Below are positions 23,679 through 35,819 of a DNA stretch of 49,457 nt, piece by piece. Position numbers and translations under genes: made by a program. The DNA comes from Chiloscyllium plagiosum (lineage: Eukaryota), in NCBI RefSeq assembly GCF_004010195.1, contig NW_025214700.1, positions 1-49,457 of the forward strand. Reading direction: 5' to 3'. How positions within the stretch are numbered: the stretch's first letter is position 1; each line of letters opens with the position of its first letter. The notes beneath the pieces were generated by a model. That model ran no database searches and was not told the DNA's origin. It worked only from the letters and a program-made list of their open reading frames with translations.

Positions 23679-24698
23679 CTCAGTGAAATAAATGGATACC
23701 ATGAAGCTTCCCTTTCATTGTTGATGGATCGCTCCTGAATGAACTCTGCTATGTACGTTTTGATTGGGACAGTATTGACTTGTTTTGATCTTTTTTTCAT
23801 TTCTTGACTAATTTAAAACATATTTTTGAAAACTGTATCAAAGCTGCTGACAAAACGTGTTTGCTCGAGGAAGTGGAACTACTAGTAATGATGAGATGTG
23901 CATCAATGTCAGTGAGAATTCATTCCATGTCTATTTCAAGGCCAATTTAAATGGAGGGCCTTGCTAAACTATCGCTTCCAGACCAAATAAAGCAGATGCA
24001 TAAACAAGAAATGGAATTTGCATTAACTTTTAAGGTAGAACACATTTACTACCCGTTTCCAGCAGCTGTTGTGATCCCAGTAAGTCCCCTTCTAAGTTGC
24101 TGATGCCGAACGTCGGTGTGAGCTCTGTTGCTGTTCTTAATAGCAGTTCTCACTGAGTTTATCTTACACCTGCTTGTTGTGACTAAGAATTGACCAAAGG
24201 CCGTTACTCTGTTCACTTTTTTTTATTCAAACAAGATTGCATTTTATCTGCAACGTATTTGAGTTGTTAAGTTCCAACATTCAGAGTAATAGTTTAACGA
24301 AAAGAGGAATATTATTATTTCAGAAATGTGACAATTTTTCATTCTCTCGGGGGATGTCTGATACATCAGAATTCTGTGTTTATTTTATAAAAAGGAATCC
24401 TGCGGGTAAAGTTAGTTTGTTGCTAACCAATGAGGTGAATGATTAGTAGGGATATTCACAAATAGTCAGGAATTTAGAGATAACCATAAAAGTCTATCAG
24501 TAATGAAATTATCGCATAGCAAAGCAGGCTGTATGGACTAAGTATGCAACTCATCTTTTTTATTGGTATGTTTCACGTGTTACTGAAGTGTTGTTTTCCT
24601 TGTGTGTTGGTGTTAATAAAAAGCTTCTGGCCAAGACACAGGGATCAGAGAATCTCCAATTGTTACTACCTTTAATTTGTGAGTATCACGATCAGAAT

Positions 24699-25039
24699 TA
24701 GAATAATTGAATACCCTCATGTGGAAGAAAGCGATTCAGCCCAGCGAGTCCACATCATTCCTGCAAAGTGTATCCAATCTAGCTACACAAACAATGTTGT
24801 CCTGCATTTCCCATGGCTAACACATCTACACTGCACATCGTGGATATTACGGGGAATTTCGCATGTCTAAGCCACCTTCTATGCATATCTTCGTACTTTC
24901 GGTGGAAATCAGACCACCCATAAGAAACCCATGTAGGCAGGGAAGAATATGCAAGCTCCATATGGAGCATGAGAATGAAATTGAACCGACATATCTGGCG
25001 CATGAAGCCGCTGTGTTAACCACTGATTCACTGTGCCGC
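24699..25039 (-). mobile_element. HE1-like SINE, degraded
   Basis: 'gaaacccatgtaggcagggaagaatatgcaagctcca', 'gctgtgttaaccactgattcactgtgccgc'. Confidence 0.75.
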
Positions 25040-26033
25040 AAAAAATATATAGTGCAAATATTTTCAGGAAGAAAAATGTCTTCTCTCGTCCCAATATTAC
25101 ACAGACGAAGCTGGAAATCGTCTCACCCGACTCTATGCCTTCATTTTTCAAAGATTTTACTATCAGTCTGGTGTTGCACAATATTGTGCATAACTGAGCC
25201 TAAAACAGATTTGCAGAAGGCATGAAATACGGGCAAACAACAATCAGATTTTTTTTAAGCGAGGAAAAGAATAACATCGAAAACATGCAGGGACAGACAT
25301 TGATCGGGAAGAAGAAAGAGGAGGTGTGGATATTGAGTAAGCATGATCGGTAAAAGATTAGGAGAGATCAGAGAATGAAACGGTCACACAGACAAAGTGG
25401 AGAAATACACAGGAGGAAGCAACTGCAAGTTTGAGAGGAAACTGTGTATTGCAGAGTTGAGATGGAGATGTAAAATCGCAAATGGGAGTGTCTGAGAAAG
25501 AGTGACAGCGAGGGATGGAGAATAAATTAGAGGTACATGAAAAGATGAAAAGGTGTTGAGATGGATGGGAGAAGCTGGAAAAATAATAACCAATGCATAG
25601 TAATTCATGGGAGAATCTGTGTTTTTGTTTCCTGATGGAATATCGTCTTATTGAGTTGGTATTTCAAGTTGGCCTCACTTGCTGCAACCTTTTTACATTT
25701 ACTTTCAGTATGTCAATTTCTTCAATCAATGTGTTACGATTCAGAAGTTTAAACTGCATTTGTGACCAAAGTAGGAGAGTTCTTTATAACCCAGAACTTT
25801 GAAACTGTGCAAAAAAAGTTTGTTCAAACAGAAAACGAGAAAGCACCAGTCTGATGGGCTGGAATATAAGTTCATTCCATCGCAATCGGACGTGTGCAAT
25901 TATTAACCTTGTTTTGTACCGTTCGGTTGCTTGGTCACTAACGTCAAAAGGCCTCAGAAATTAATGATTCATAGATCTCTTTAACCATTTATTGGAAGTT
26001 CTCTTGAAGGAAACACTGCTGCAATATATCCCT

Positions 26034-26491
26034 TTACAGATTCCCCGGAGTGGAAACAGACTGTTGGCACAAAATGTCCACACCGACCCACCAAAGAATA
26101 GCCCACCCAGAACCATTTACCTACTCTGTTACTCTATGTTTACCACTGAACTTTGCAAACTTGCCTGCACATCCCTGAACACTATGGCCAATTCAGCTTA
26201 CATGAACATCTTTGGATTATGGGAGGAAAAGCAGGCACACAAGAAGAATATTTCTTTCTCTTCTTTTTCAAACATGGAATCCCTACACTGTGGAAAAAGG
26301 CTACTTGGCCCAATAAGTCCTTCCTGACCCTTCGAAGAGTATCCAATTACACTGCACTAATCCACCTCAGTTACACACTCTTGAACACGATGGACAACTT
26401 CGCTTGGACAGAGTGTCGCCCTAGGCTACAACTGAACCTGGTTCCCTAAAGCTGTGAAGCAGCAGTGCTAACCTCTGTGCCACCGCGCCAC
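26034..26491 (-). mobile_element. Two tandem truncated HE1-like SINEs
   Basis: Two 'atccc..gtggaaa' 3' ends (about 26039 and 26277), 'catccctgaacactatggccaattcagc', head 'agcagtgctaacctctgtgccaccgcgcc'. Confidence 0.8.
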
Positions 26492-26689
26492 TGAGCTTTT
26501 TTTGCATTAAATTGTAAGCGCACGTGGTGTAAGTGTGGTAGCGCCATAGATACCGATATTAATACAAATCCATTCATATCACGCTCAATTTGAATTTAAT
26601 GAAAGACAAAGTCGTGTCATGGCAGATTTTCTCCTTGTTTCCTTTAGTGGAGGACATCGGTTGGCCGACATGAGACTCCAGAAGAGACA

Positions 26690-27970
26690 AAAATAACACG
26701 AACTGCAGATGCTGAAATCCAAGATAGACAAGCAGGAGGCTGGAAGAGGAAAGCAAGCCAGGCAGCCTCAGCAGATGGAGAACTCAAACTTTCAGATGTA
26801 ACACTCCTTCAGGCCTGGGTCTCGATGTATGTACACCTGCAGATCAAAGAGAGAAGTCGGAGGCAGGGGCGGTGTGACGTGTTCAAGACAGTTGAACACA
26901 AGTGGAGGGCACAACGTCGTTGTTCTTTGGCTAACTATGCAATTGTTTAGTCTCTGCAAGAAATTGTTGATTAGAGGAATGGAAGGGAGGGGGAGAGGCC
27001 TCGGAGTGGTGTTGGCGGATGGGAATTGAAGCAGCTTGAAAGTAGAAAACTAACTGATGAGTCTCCTGGCTGTAATCACACTGGCAGAAAATGAGGTGAC
27101 ATTTCCAACAATATATGCTCTGATTCGCTTTGGCAAAGGATGAGGCGAAGGATGGTCATATTAGTAAAGGAGTGGAAAGGGGAATTACAACGGAGAGTGA
27201 CTGGGAGATCAGGTTGGACCCTGCACACCAGGCTCAGCGAAATGTGGCCTCACTTATCGTTTCGTCTCAGCGATGGAGCGGGATCACTTGATACGAAAAA
27301 CTACTTTGGAGACGGGGAAGGTGAACAGCTGTCTTAACGGGAAGGACATTTTAGGGGCTGGGATGGAAGTGAGGGAATGGTGGTACCAATAGATTTTGAT
27401 AGTCTTACGGTTGTAGGGGAGGGTGAATTGGGCTTCGGGGGTGTTTGTGCGGCAAGTGGTGTAAAAGAATATGGAACGGAATGGTACTTCGGTTTGCAGG
27501 GAAGGGTTTGGAGAGCAAAATATTCTTCGTGGTGGGATCTAATTACAATTGGCAGAAATGCTTGAGAATGATAGGTTGGATGTGGAGCCTGGTCTCGTGG
27601 GACATGAGGACAAGAGTGAATCTTTTTCATGGCGTTTCATGGGGAATTTAGAGCAGTGAATTGGAGAATGGAGGAGGTGTGCTCTGGGGCTCTCTGAAAG
27701 ATCAAAGGGGTGAATAACAAGTTGACAAAAATAGGTGGACTTCTGTAATGCTTGCAAGTAGAATGTCTCTTCGTACAAGCAGATGCCGTGTAGTCTGAGG
27801 AATTGGGATAAATGTGTGAACCTCCTGCAGGTTATTAACAGGGAAGAGGTGTTGCGCACGTAGAGATGAGAGTCTGTGGGTTTACAGTAATCATCCGTTT
27901 GGGACTGTACCCGAGATCAAAATAGAGATGTCAAGACACGGCGGGGTTGGGTCCTAGATGGACGAAATGT
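26690..27970 (-). mobile_element. Penelope-like element, 3' portion, degraded
   Basis: Terminal 'aactgcagatgctgaaatccaag..ccaggcagcctcag', colinear with 32340-33650; 'gagtctgtgggtttacagtaa' = YxKPTDSH of PLE RT. Confidence 0.75.
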
Positions 27971-29246
27971 GACTACAGCAATGGACCTCATTGTAAACTG
28001 TCTGGAAGCAATTGTGGGGAACTAATAAAATCTGATGCAGCATGATTTTCCATGCATGAACTATTAATAAAATACTTGCATTCCTGCTTCAATGATTCTT
28101 AACGACTGGCTTCTATCAAACTGTTTTCACTGCAGTTTCATAACCCATGCTTTCTTTACAAACCCAGTGTTCGGTTCAAACCTCTTAGAATTAATTCAAT
28201 TTTTTTCACTCCTCACGCTTCCTGCCTTTGTAGACCACAGTCTCTCGTTCTACTTAACATGTCAAAAGGAATCAATTGCCATCAGTCTTGCCCAGCTTTT
28301 AAACTGGCGCCAGATCTGAACTTGACGACTGGATACCCTGACTGAGAAAACATTCTGTCAGTCACATACCTCACTCCATTTTACTTCAGCCAGTCAAATA
28401 GATCTCATGCATTTTAAACAATAACGGTACTGAGTAAATACATGTTACTCAATATTTTTTATCAAAGAAAAATTGACAGAAATAGTGACCAAAATATCAT
28501 TCTTCATCATAGACGGGGCGGAAAACGATTAAAATTTCAACCCAGACAATGTTATTGCATCTTTGCCTCTGCATGTGATCAGAAAGTTCCAATTATGTTT
28601 CTACCTGTTTCAATATTCCTCATTTTAAGCAAAATCCTGCACGCTGAAAGTGTTCTTTGATGCTGTCGGATACCCTGTTGGATAAAACATTTCCTCCTTT
28701 CCTGACTTTGCTGCATACTATTTCAGCCGTCGAAACTGGGCTCGTGCATTTCTTTCTCAATTCCGGATTGAGTAAATAAAGGAAAAGGTACCTTTCTTTT
28801 TTACCAAAGGAAATTGACCGCAAATACGAAGCAAATGTTCCTCATTGACGGTGCAGAAAACGAGCAAGATTTCAAACTGGGCATGTTCATTCTGTCTTTG
28901 TGATGGTTTCTAATCAGGAAGGTCTGGCATTATTTTCCTGTGACTTTCAACTAAACTCAGTAGATTTTTCTTCCTGTAACTCGCGGCAACTGTTCTTTGT
29001 TTAAATGCATCTTTCACTATATCCTGGTCGTTTTCGTGCAGCTTATACTGAGGTGGATAGCCGCAATTTATTTCCGAGGTTCATTCCTATTCATAACACC
29101 TGCTTATTCTCTCATGACCAGTTTGAGCTTTGCAACCACGTTGTTTCTCTCAGGCTCACTGTGACTGTCACCTTTGATCGATTTGTGGCCATTTGATGTG
29201 AGAAGCTTGAAAACAATCTACTGCACTGAAAAAAAGCGACTGACGT

Positions 29247-30990
29247 TAGAACATAGAACATAAAAGATGAAAGCGCAGTATAGGTACTTCAGCCCGCGAT
29301 GTTGTGCGACCTGTGAAATCAATCTGAAACCCATCGAACCTACACTGTTCTATTTGCATCCATATGTCAACAAGTGACCATTTAAATACCCGGAAAATTG
29401 ACGAGTCTACTACTGCTGCATGTAGGCCGCGAGCACTACAACTGCTCTCTGTGGGAAGTAACTACCTCTGGCATCTGCCGTATGTCAATTTCCTGTCAAT
29501 TTAAAGCTATGTCTCCACGTGCTGGCCATCACCATCCGAAGAAAAAAAAGGTCTGACTGCCTACCCCATCTCACCCACTGATATTTTACATATCTCAGTT
29601 AAGTCAACTCTCAACCTTCTTCTCTCTAAGGAAAACAGCCTCAAGTCGCTCATACGTTCCTCACCAAATCTTCCTCCATACCAGGCAACATCCGATTAAA
29701 TCTCCTCTGAACCATTTCCAAAGCTTCCGCATCTTTCCTTTAGTACAGCAACCAGAAGTGTACGCCATACGCAAAGTGCGACCGCATCAGAGTTTTGCAC
29801 AGCTGCAGCATGACCTCATGGCTCTGAAACTCAATTTCTGGACCCAAAAAGCTAATTCACCGTATGCTTTCTCAACAAGACCATTAACAGTGGCGGTAAG
29901 TTTGAGCAATCTATGTGTACCCAGGTAAGCTGAGATCTCTCTGTCAATCTACACTGTCAAGGCCATTAACCAAGTACCCTGCATTCTATTTACTCCTTCC
30001 GAAGTAAAGCAGGTCATACTTTTCCGAATTAACCTCCATTTGCCAACGTTCAGCCCAGCTCTTCAGCTTATGTGTGCCCCTCTGTATCCTACAACATTCA
30101 TCGGCACTACCCACAACGCTGCCAACCTTAGTGTCATCCACACATTTACTAATGCATCCTTCTACTAACCCATTCAGGTAATTTGTAAAAATGACAAACA
30201 GCAGTGGCACCAAAACAGATTATAGAGGTACACGACTAATAAGCGGCTCCAGCATGATTTCCAATGAACCACCACTCCTTGTCTTTTTTCAGCTCGCCAA
30301 TTTCTGATCGAAACATCTAAAGCACTCCAATCCCTTTCCTCTGTTTTTTTCTTGAATAGCCTACCGTGGGGAACCTTAACAAATGGCTCACTGAAATCCA
30401 AAAACAGCACATCCACCGTTTTACCCGCATCTGCGTGTTTGCTCTCCTTCACAAAGAACTTAACCAAGTTTCTGAGGAACGACACGGTGGCACAGTGGTT
30501 AGCACTGCTGCCTCATAGCGCCAAAGACCCGGGTTCAATTCCCGGCTCAGGCGACTGACTGTGTGGAGTTTGCACGTTCTCCCCGTGTCTGCGTGGGTTT
30601 CCTCCCACAGTCCAAAGATGTGCAGGTCATGTGAATTGGCCATGCTAAATTGTCCGTAGTGTTAGGTAAGGGATAAATGTAGGGGTATGGGTGGGTTGCG
30701 ATTCGGAGGGGCGGTGTGGACTTGTTGGGCCGAAGGGCCTGTTTCCACACTGTAAGTAATCTAATTTACTCTACTCAAAATCGTGCTGACAATCTCTAAT
30801 CAACGTATTTCTTTCTTGATAATTGGAAATCCTATCTCTTATAATCTTTTCCAACATTATACCAACAACTGAAGAATGGGTCACATTTCTATAATTTCCA
30901 GAGTGGTGTCCGCTTCCCTTCTTGAACAAGGGGACAACATTTTCTGTCCTCCAGTCTTCCGTCACTTTTCCTGTAGACAATGGCGACATT
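29247..30990 (-). mobile_element. CR1 LINE inserted in GPCR exon 2
   Basis: Tail 'tagaacatagaaca'; SKCVDDTKV, LDFSEPFVKVPHGRL, EDWRTENVVPLFKKG. Confidence 0.92.
30477..30765 (+). mobile_element. Young HE1-like tRNA-derived SINE nested in CR1
   Basis: A box TGGCACAGTGG, B box GGTTCAATTCC, core 'ctgtgtggagtttgcacgttctccccgtgtctgcgtggg', CR1-like 3' 'gggccgaagggcctgtttccacactgta'. Confidence 0.95.
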
Positions 30991-31939
30991 GTTCTAACAA
31001 ATGTGAACGTACTGAGCTGCTTGGAAACTTTTCTCGCTGGCGCTTTACACAAGAAGATCGATTTATGATTGGCAGTGTTCCCTGGTATATAGTTTGAAAC
31101 TCATCTTTGTTGATTACTCATCATTGACCATGATTGTCACGTCTGATTTCATATTAACTTTCTTTCTCCCATTCTTTCTTGTTTTGCTGTTCAATGTTCT
31201 GACAGTCAGATTCATTGCAGAGTACGACATGGGCGCCAGCGCTGAAGTTTTGCAGAGAATAAGAATGACCAAGAGGCTTAGAAGCGAAGGAGATTGAGTA
31301 TTCTACACTTTTGACACTTTCGTTATTTTATTGGCGACTCCGCTTGTTTATAATATATATTTGTGAACTGCAAATATTGAATTTCATACCTCTGGCTTAG
31401 ATCTCCACCTCGTAAGAAAACGTTCTTCTGCCATGATATAGCTCCTCAGTATAGATGCCAAAACTTTCATTTACACTGCAGCACAGCAACAATTCAGAAA
31501 TAAGCTCAATAACGGTTTAAAATACCGACTCGAGTGCATTGTGAAATTAGTTATAGCTTGAGCCTCTTTATAGTGACAGTAGACTTGTTCTTGGCGCAAA
31601 TATGAAGAAGGGAACACTGAAACAATGTCCAAGGCAGAATAAGTCTCCAGGGCAGAATACGAGAGTAACATATCGCCCCAGTCATTAATTGCTGCATTTT
31701 CTAATTGAGTGACAAGGATGAGTTCGTAAATACCTTTCACTGACAAGTTGTCAGTTGAAACCTGCAGAGTGGTCCCACTACTGTATGTGTGGTATATTTG
31801 TGTTATTGATGTTTTTTACTGATACGAATAATATGAATAATTGAACAATGATTTAAATATTCAGCTGTGTGCACAACAAGTCCGCATGCTATATTCACCT
31901 TCAACAAAACTATTTATTTCGTCGTTTCCTCTAACCCAA

Positions 31940-32336
31940 CAACAATTACACACTTGAGGCTCGAGAAAAGTTAGATTCGTTTGGTGATGTGTGAAAGAGG
32001 CTGATATTCTCGAACAGTTTAATATGCTGGACATTTTGAAAAGCCTGAGAATGCATAAATCCCCTGGACCAGCGTGGATATACCCAAAGATTCGAGGGGA
32101 AGTGAGGGAAGATATTGCTGTTTCGGCCATGATAATTAATATCCACTGGAGTATCACCAGATGATTGACTGTGGCAAATGACTTGTTCCAGAATGGGAAT
32201 AGGAATACCGCTGGGAATTACAAGCAAGTCAGTCTTACATCAGTTGGTGGGCATACGATTGAAGAGGATTCTGAGGGGCAGGATTTATGATTGTTCGTAA
32301 AAGCCTGGTTGGTGCAGAAATAGTCCAGATACCTTT
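31940..32336 (+). mobile_element. CR1 ORF2 fragment
   Basis: 'gcataaatcccctggaccagcgtggatatacccaaag' (KSPGPxxIYP), 'gggaattacaagcaagtcagtcttacatcag' (GNYxxVSLTS). Confidence 0.8.
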
Positions 32337-35085
32337 GTGATTCGAAAAGATTCACGTTGGAAAGGCGCAGCAGGTCAGTCAGCATCCGAGGAGCAGGGAA
32401 ATCGACTTTTCAGGCATAATTCCTTCATCAAGATTGTGGCACGGAAGGGTGATAACAGATCAATTGACGGAAGTGGGGTTAAGGTGAAGGTCACAGGGAG
32501 GGTAATGGGTACGTGTAGCCGGGGGTGATAGTGAAAGATCGGAGCAGACGTTGGCACACATAGATGGGAAGGAATAGGAGCAGGTGCAACAGTTCAAGAA
32601 GCCTGTGCCATGTTGCAGGGTTGGATCTGGGATGAGTTGGGGTAGGCGGTGAGGAAACAGCGATTTCGGCGTTGATGCGGTGTCATTCGAGGTTTCGAGG
32701 TCGATGATGAGGAGTTCTTCCTCCAAGCATCGTTGGCAAGTATTTGGCAAAGAAGGATGACCAGAATTGCGCTGTGAGAGGGGGAGATGATGTGATCTTC
32801 CACAAAGCGGTGGGGTTGTTTATTGCTTGTCTTCCAGAGTTTTTCTCTGAAGCATTCCGCGAATTCGAGCATATCAGCCTCTTTCACTCCCCTCCATACA
32901 GTATCCCGCTTTTCACGAGCTTCAATTGTAGCTCCCCCAAAGGAGAAGACAACATATCGATATCAACGGGCACAGCATATGAGGTATTTCGATGTGCAGG
33001 AAAAGCTTTGCTGCATGTGGAAGTATCCTTTAGGGCCTTGGATAGAGGTGAGGGTGGCAGGTATGGCCGCAGCATTTATATCTCTTGCAGTGACAAGGGG
33101 AGGTGCCGGGGGTGGAGTGCGGCATTGTGGGTTGTGTGGACCAGACGAGGGTGTCGCAGTGGGAATAGTCTCTGTGGAATGCTGGAGGGGTGGGGAGAGA
33201 AGTTATTTCTCTGCTGCTGGGGTTTGACTGTTGGTGGCGGATATCACGGAGGATGATCCTCTTTATCGATGGATTGGTGGGATGGATGGTGAGGACCAGT
33301 GGGGTTCTATTCTTATTCTGTTTGAAGGGGTGTGTTTCAAGGACGAGGGTAGGGAAGGCTGGAGGGCATTGATGACTTCTTGGGAAGGGGAAATTGTCTC
33401 CTTGAAATAGGAGGCCATTGAGATGTTCTGGCGTGGAAGTGCCCCTCGTGGGAGCAAAAACGACCGGAGCAGAGGATTTGGGATTAAGGCAAAGCGTTTC
33501 ACAGGAGGGGGTGTGGGAGGATGCGTAATCCAGGTAGGTGCGCGAGTGGATCGGATTGAATTTGTTGTCAGTGTTGAGTCAATTGCCGGAAATAAAGTTG
33601 AAAGTTCCAGGAAAGGGAGAGAGGTGTCTGTGAAGGTCCAGGTGAACTTGAGGTCAGGGTGGAAGGTGTTCGTGAAGTTGATCAAGCAGGCACACACAGT
33701 GTCACCAATGTAACAGTGGAGGAAAAGTTGGGGATTGGTGCAACATTAACTACTGAAGATGGATTGTTCCACATATCCGACGGACAGGCAGTCATGGCAG
33801 GGCCCCACGCGCGTGGTCAAGGCTTCACGTTTGGTCTGAAGAAAATGGAAGGATTCAAAGAAGACGTTGCTGAGGGTGAAGACAATTTTTGCCACTTGAA
33901 TGCGTGTGTCAGTGATGTGGAACTGGAAGGGTTGTTCGAAGAGGAAGAAACTGGCATGGCTTCACCATGAAGGATGTATCGGTGTTGGAAATGGTTGTCC
34001 ATGGTGAAGATGAGGCAATGACTGCTGTGGAAACGAAAGTCATGGAGGAGGGGGAGGGCGTGCGTAGTGACCACAATGTATGTGAGGAGTTAATCAAGCA
34101 ACGTGACACGGATGCTCTCAAGATTTGAAAATACAGTTTTGGTGTGACAGGAGCATGCGTAGACGCTGCTTCGACTGGGGCAGACATGATTTTGAATTTT
34201 CTTTAAGAGGTAGAACCAGGGTGTGTGATTTCGGGACAATGAGGTGGGAGGCTGTGGATGGGAGATGCCTGAGATGATAAGGTTGTGGGGGTCTGGGTTT
34301 GGTGATGAAAGGTGAAGAGGATCCCTGGGAATGCACCTGACATCAGCAGTGTAGAGTTCTGACCGCCACACAAATACTGCGCTCCACCTTGTCTGCTGGT
34401 TTGATGGTGACTTTGGGTTTGGAGTCGAATGACTTGAGAAGGGCGCATTGTGAGCATGAGAGATTGTAGTGTGTTAAAGGAGTGGACAGATTGAGGTGGG
34501 CGATGTAATGGCAGCAGTTGAATGTGAAGCGGGCGGGGACGGGTACCAGACCAACACAGGTTGACCAATGGATGGATTATATTAAAGGCAGGAGACAGAA
34601 TCCTCAGAGGGAGGGAGGGAGTCCTGATGGTAACAGTAAGCATGGAGACAGAGGCAGCAGAAGAAAAAAAAATGATGCTGGAACGCGTGTTTAATTTGTT
34701 AACTCAGGACCAAAGTGCAAGAAGGTCAGACATTCACTGAGGACTGAAAGTTCATTCTCGGTAAGGTCGAGGTCTGGGGATGGTAAAGAAAACCTCGGCA
34801 AGGCTGCAGTTAAGAACCTAGTGGAGCGGTGTAGTTGTGAGTGGGACAGAGACTGCTTTGTGAATGCTTGTGGTCATGGTATTATTTGAGCCGCCATCAA
34901 AGAATGTGCTGTTAACTGTAGTGATCGGGGGCAGAGCTAGTGTTTTTATTGGCATCCCCGGCGATTTAACTGACCTTACGTATGACGTTAGTGCTGTCTT
35001 TGGTGGCGGATGTAGTGATTGACTTCAGTGGCCATGGGAATACTTTGGGCGGAAGTGGCGTTGCGGGTAGGCTTGGTGTGTTTTC
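32337..35085 (-). mobile_element. Near full-length decayed Penelope-like element (RT + GIY-YIG)
   Basis: LINFTNTFHPDLKFTWTFTDTSLPFLEL (33263-33697 ORF), LFLHCYIGD (YIDD), VGYVEQS, GIY-YIG-like FSCTSKYLIC, and a 3' pLTR with decayed hammerhead at about 32350-32432. Confidence 0.9.
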
Positions 35086-35740
35086 GCCGGGGGTGGACCA
35101 ACCCACCTAAAAAAAATAAATCACCGTTCCCACATTGTGATTGAATTTCTCTCCCAGAATCCCCTCCCGAGTGGAACTGTGGCTGCTCCAAAAGTACGTA
35201 AAAAGCAAAAGGTCAAGTCGACAGCTCACAACCACCTTATTCAGGAGTTATTTCGGGCGAGGGAAAAATCCTGCCCCAGCCCAGAAGAATGAGAGATTGC
35301 GTCCACAGACAATTATCAGACTGTGTACCCTGTGAAATTACGACTTGAATACCTTCTGGCCATTGTTTGATAAGCGAGCTTTTCAACAGAGTTTTTTTAA
35401 TATTTGACTGTGCTCTTACTATATTCTAAACATTACTTTTAGGGGAGTATACAGAATTTCACAGTCCCTTTATCAATTCAATATCCTCTGCCTCCAGCAG
35501 TAACACGTTTCCCTCCACTCTCCAGGAGTTCTCTCTGTCTCGTCTAAATTCATGCATATCTGGTCCTGCACAGGCTCCACTCTTCTGTGAGTCATTGTGA
35601 ACATCAGGTGACCAAAGCCATTCTTGAATTTCTATTCCAACACGTTCCCCATCCTGTCACACATATCTTTGTTCTTTTCAGGTCTGCAGCGTTGTCCAAT
35701 GTCGAAGGCTTGTCCTGTTTGCTGCATCGTTATTACAGCA

Positions 35741-35803
35741 GCCTGGTGTTGTGTGATTTTTAACTTTGTACACCCCAGTCCAACACCGCACCTCCAAATC
35801 ATG
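35741..35803 (+). mobile_element. Penelope terminal fragment
   Basis: 'cctggtgttgtgtgatttttaactttgtacaccccagtccaacacc' is the reverse complement of the 39457-39485 end. Confidence 0.75.
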
Positions 35804-35819
35804 ACAACGTCGTGTATAG

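Larger units (their letters stand above)
24011..31561 (+). pseudogene. GPR139/GPR142-like class A GPCR pseudogene (2 exons)
   Basis: Exon 1 24011-24079 MEFALTFKVEHIYYPFPAAVVIP plus gtaagt. Exon 2 from about 28950: TRGNCSLFKCI, YFRGSFLFITP, TVTVTFDRFVAI*CEKL. After the CR1: VPWY, ILTFFLPFFLVLLFNVLTVRFI, TFIYTAAQQQFRNKLNNGLKY..IVKLVIA*. Multiple stops and frameshifts. Confidence 0.85.

Noticed and set aside
25240..25600. Purine-rich stretch giving a hydrophobic minus-strand ORF
   Set aside because: Low-complexity GA-rich sequence with no splice or domain support.
30477..30550. tRNA-like sequence with A and B boxes
   Set aside because: It is the SINE head; it continues into SINE core and has no complete cloverleaf.
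32744..34643. Overlapping 130-170 aa ORFs on both strands
   Set aside because: Shadow frames or fragments of the decayed Penelope ORF.
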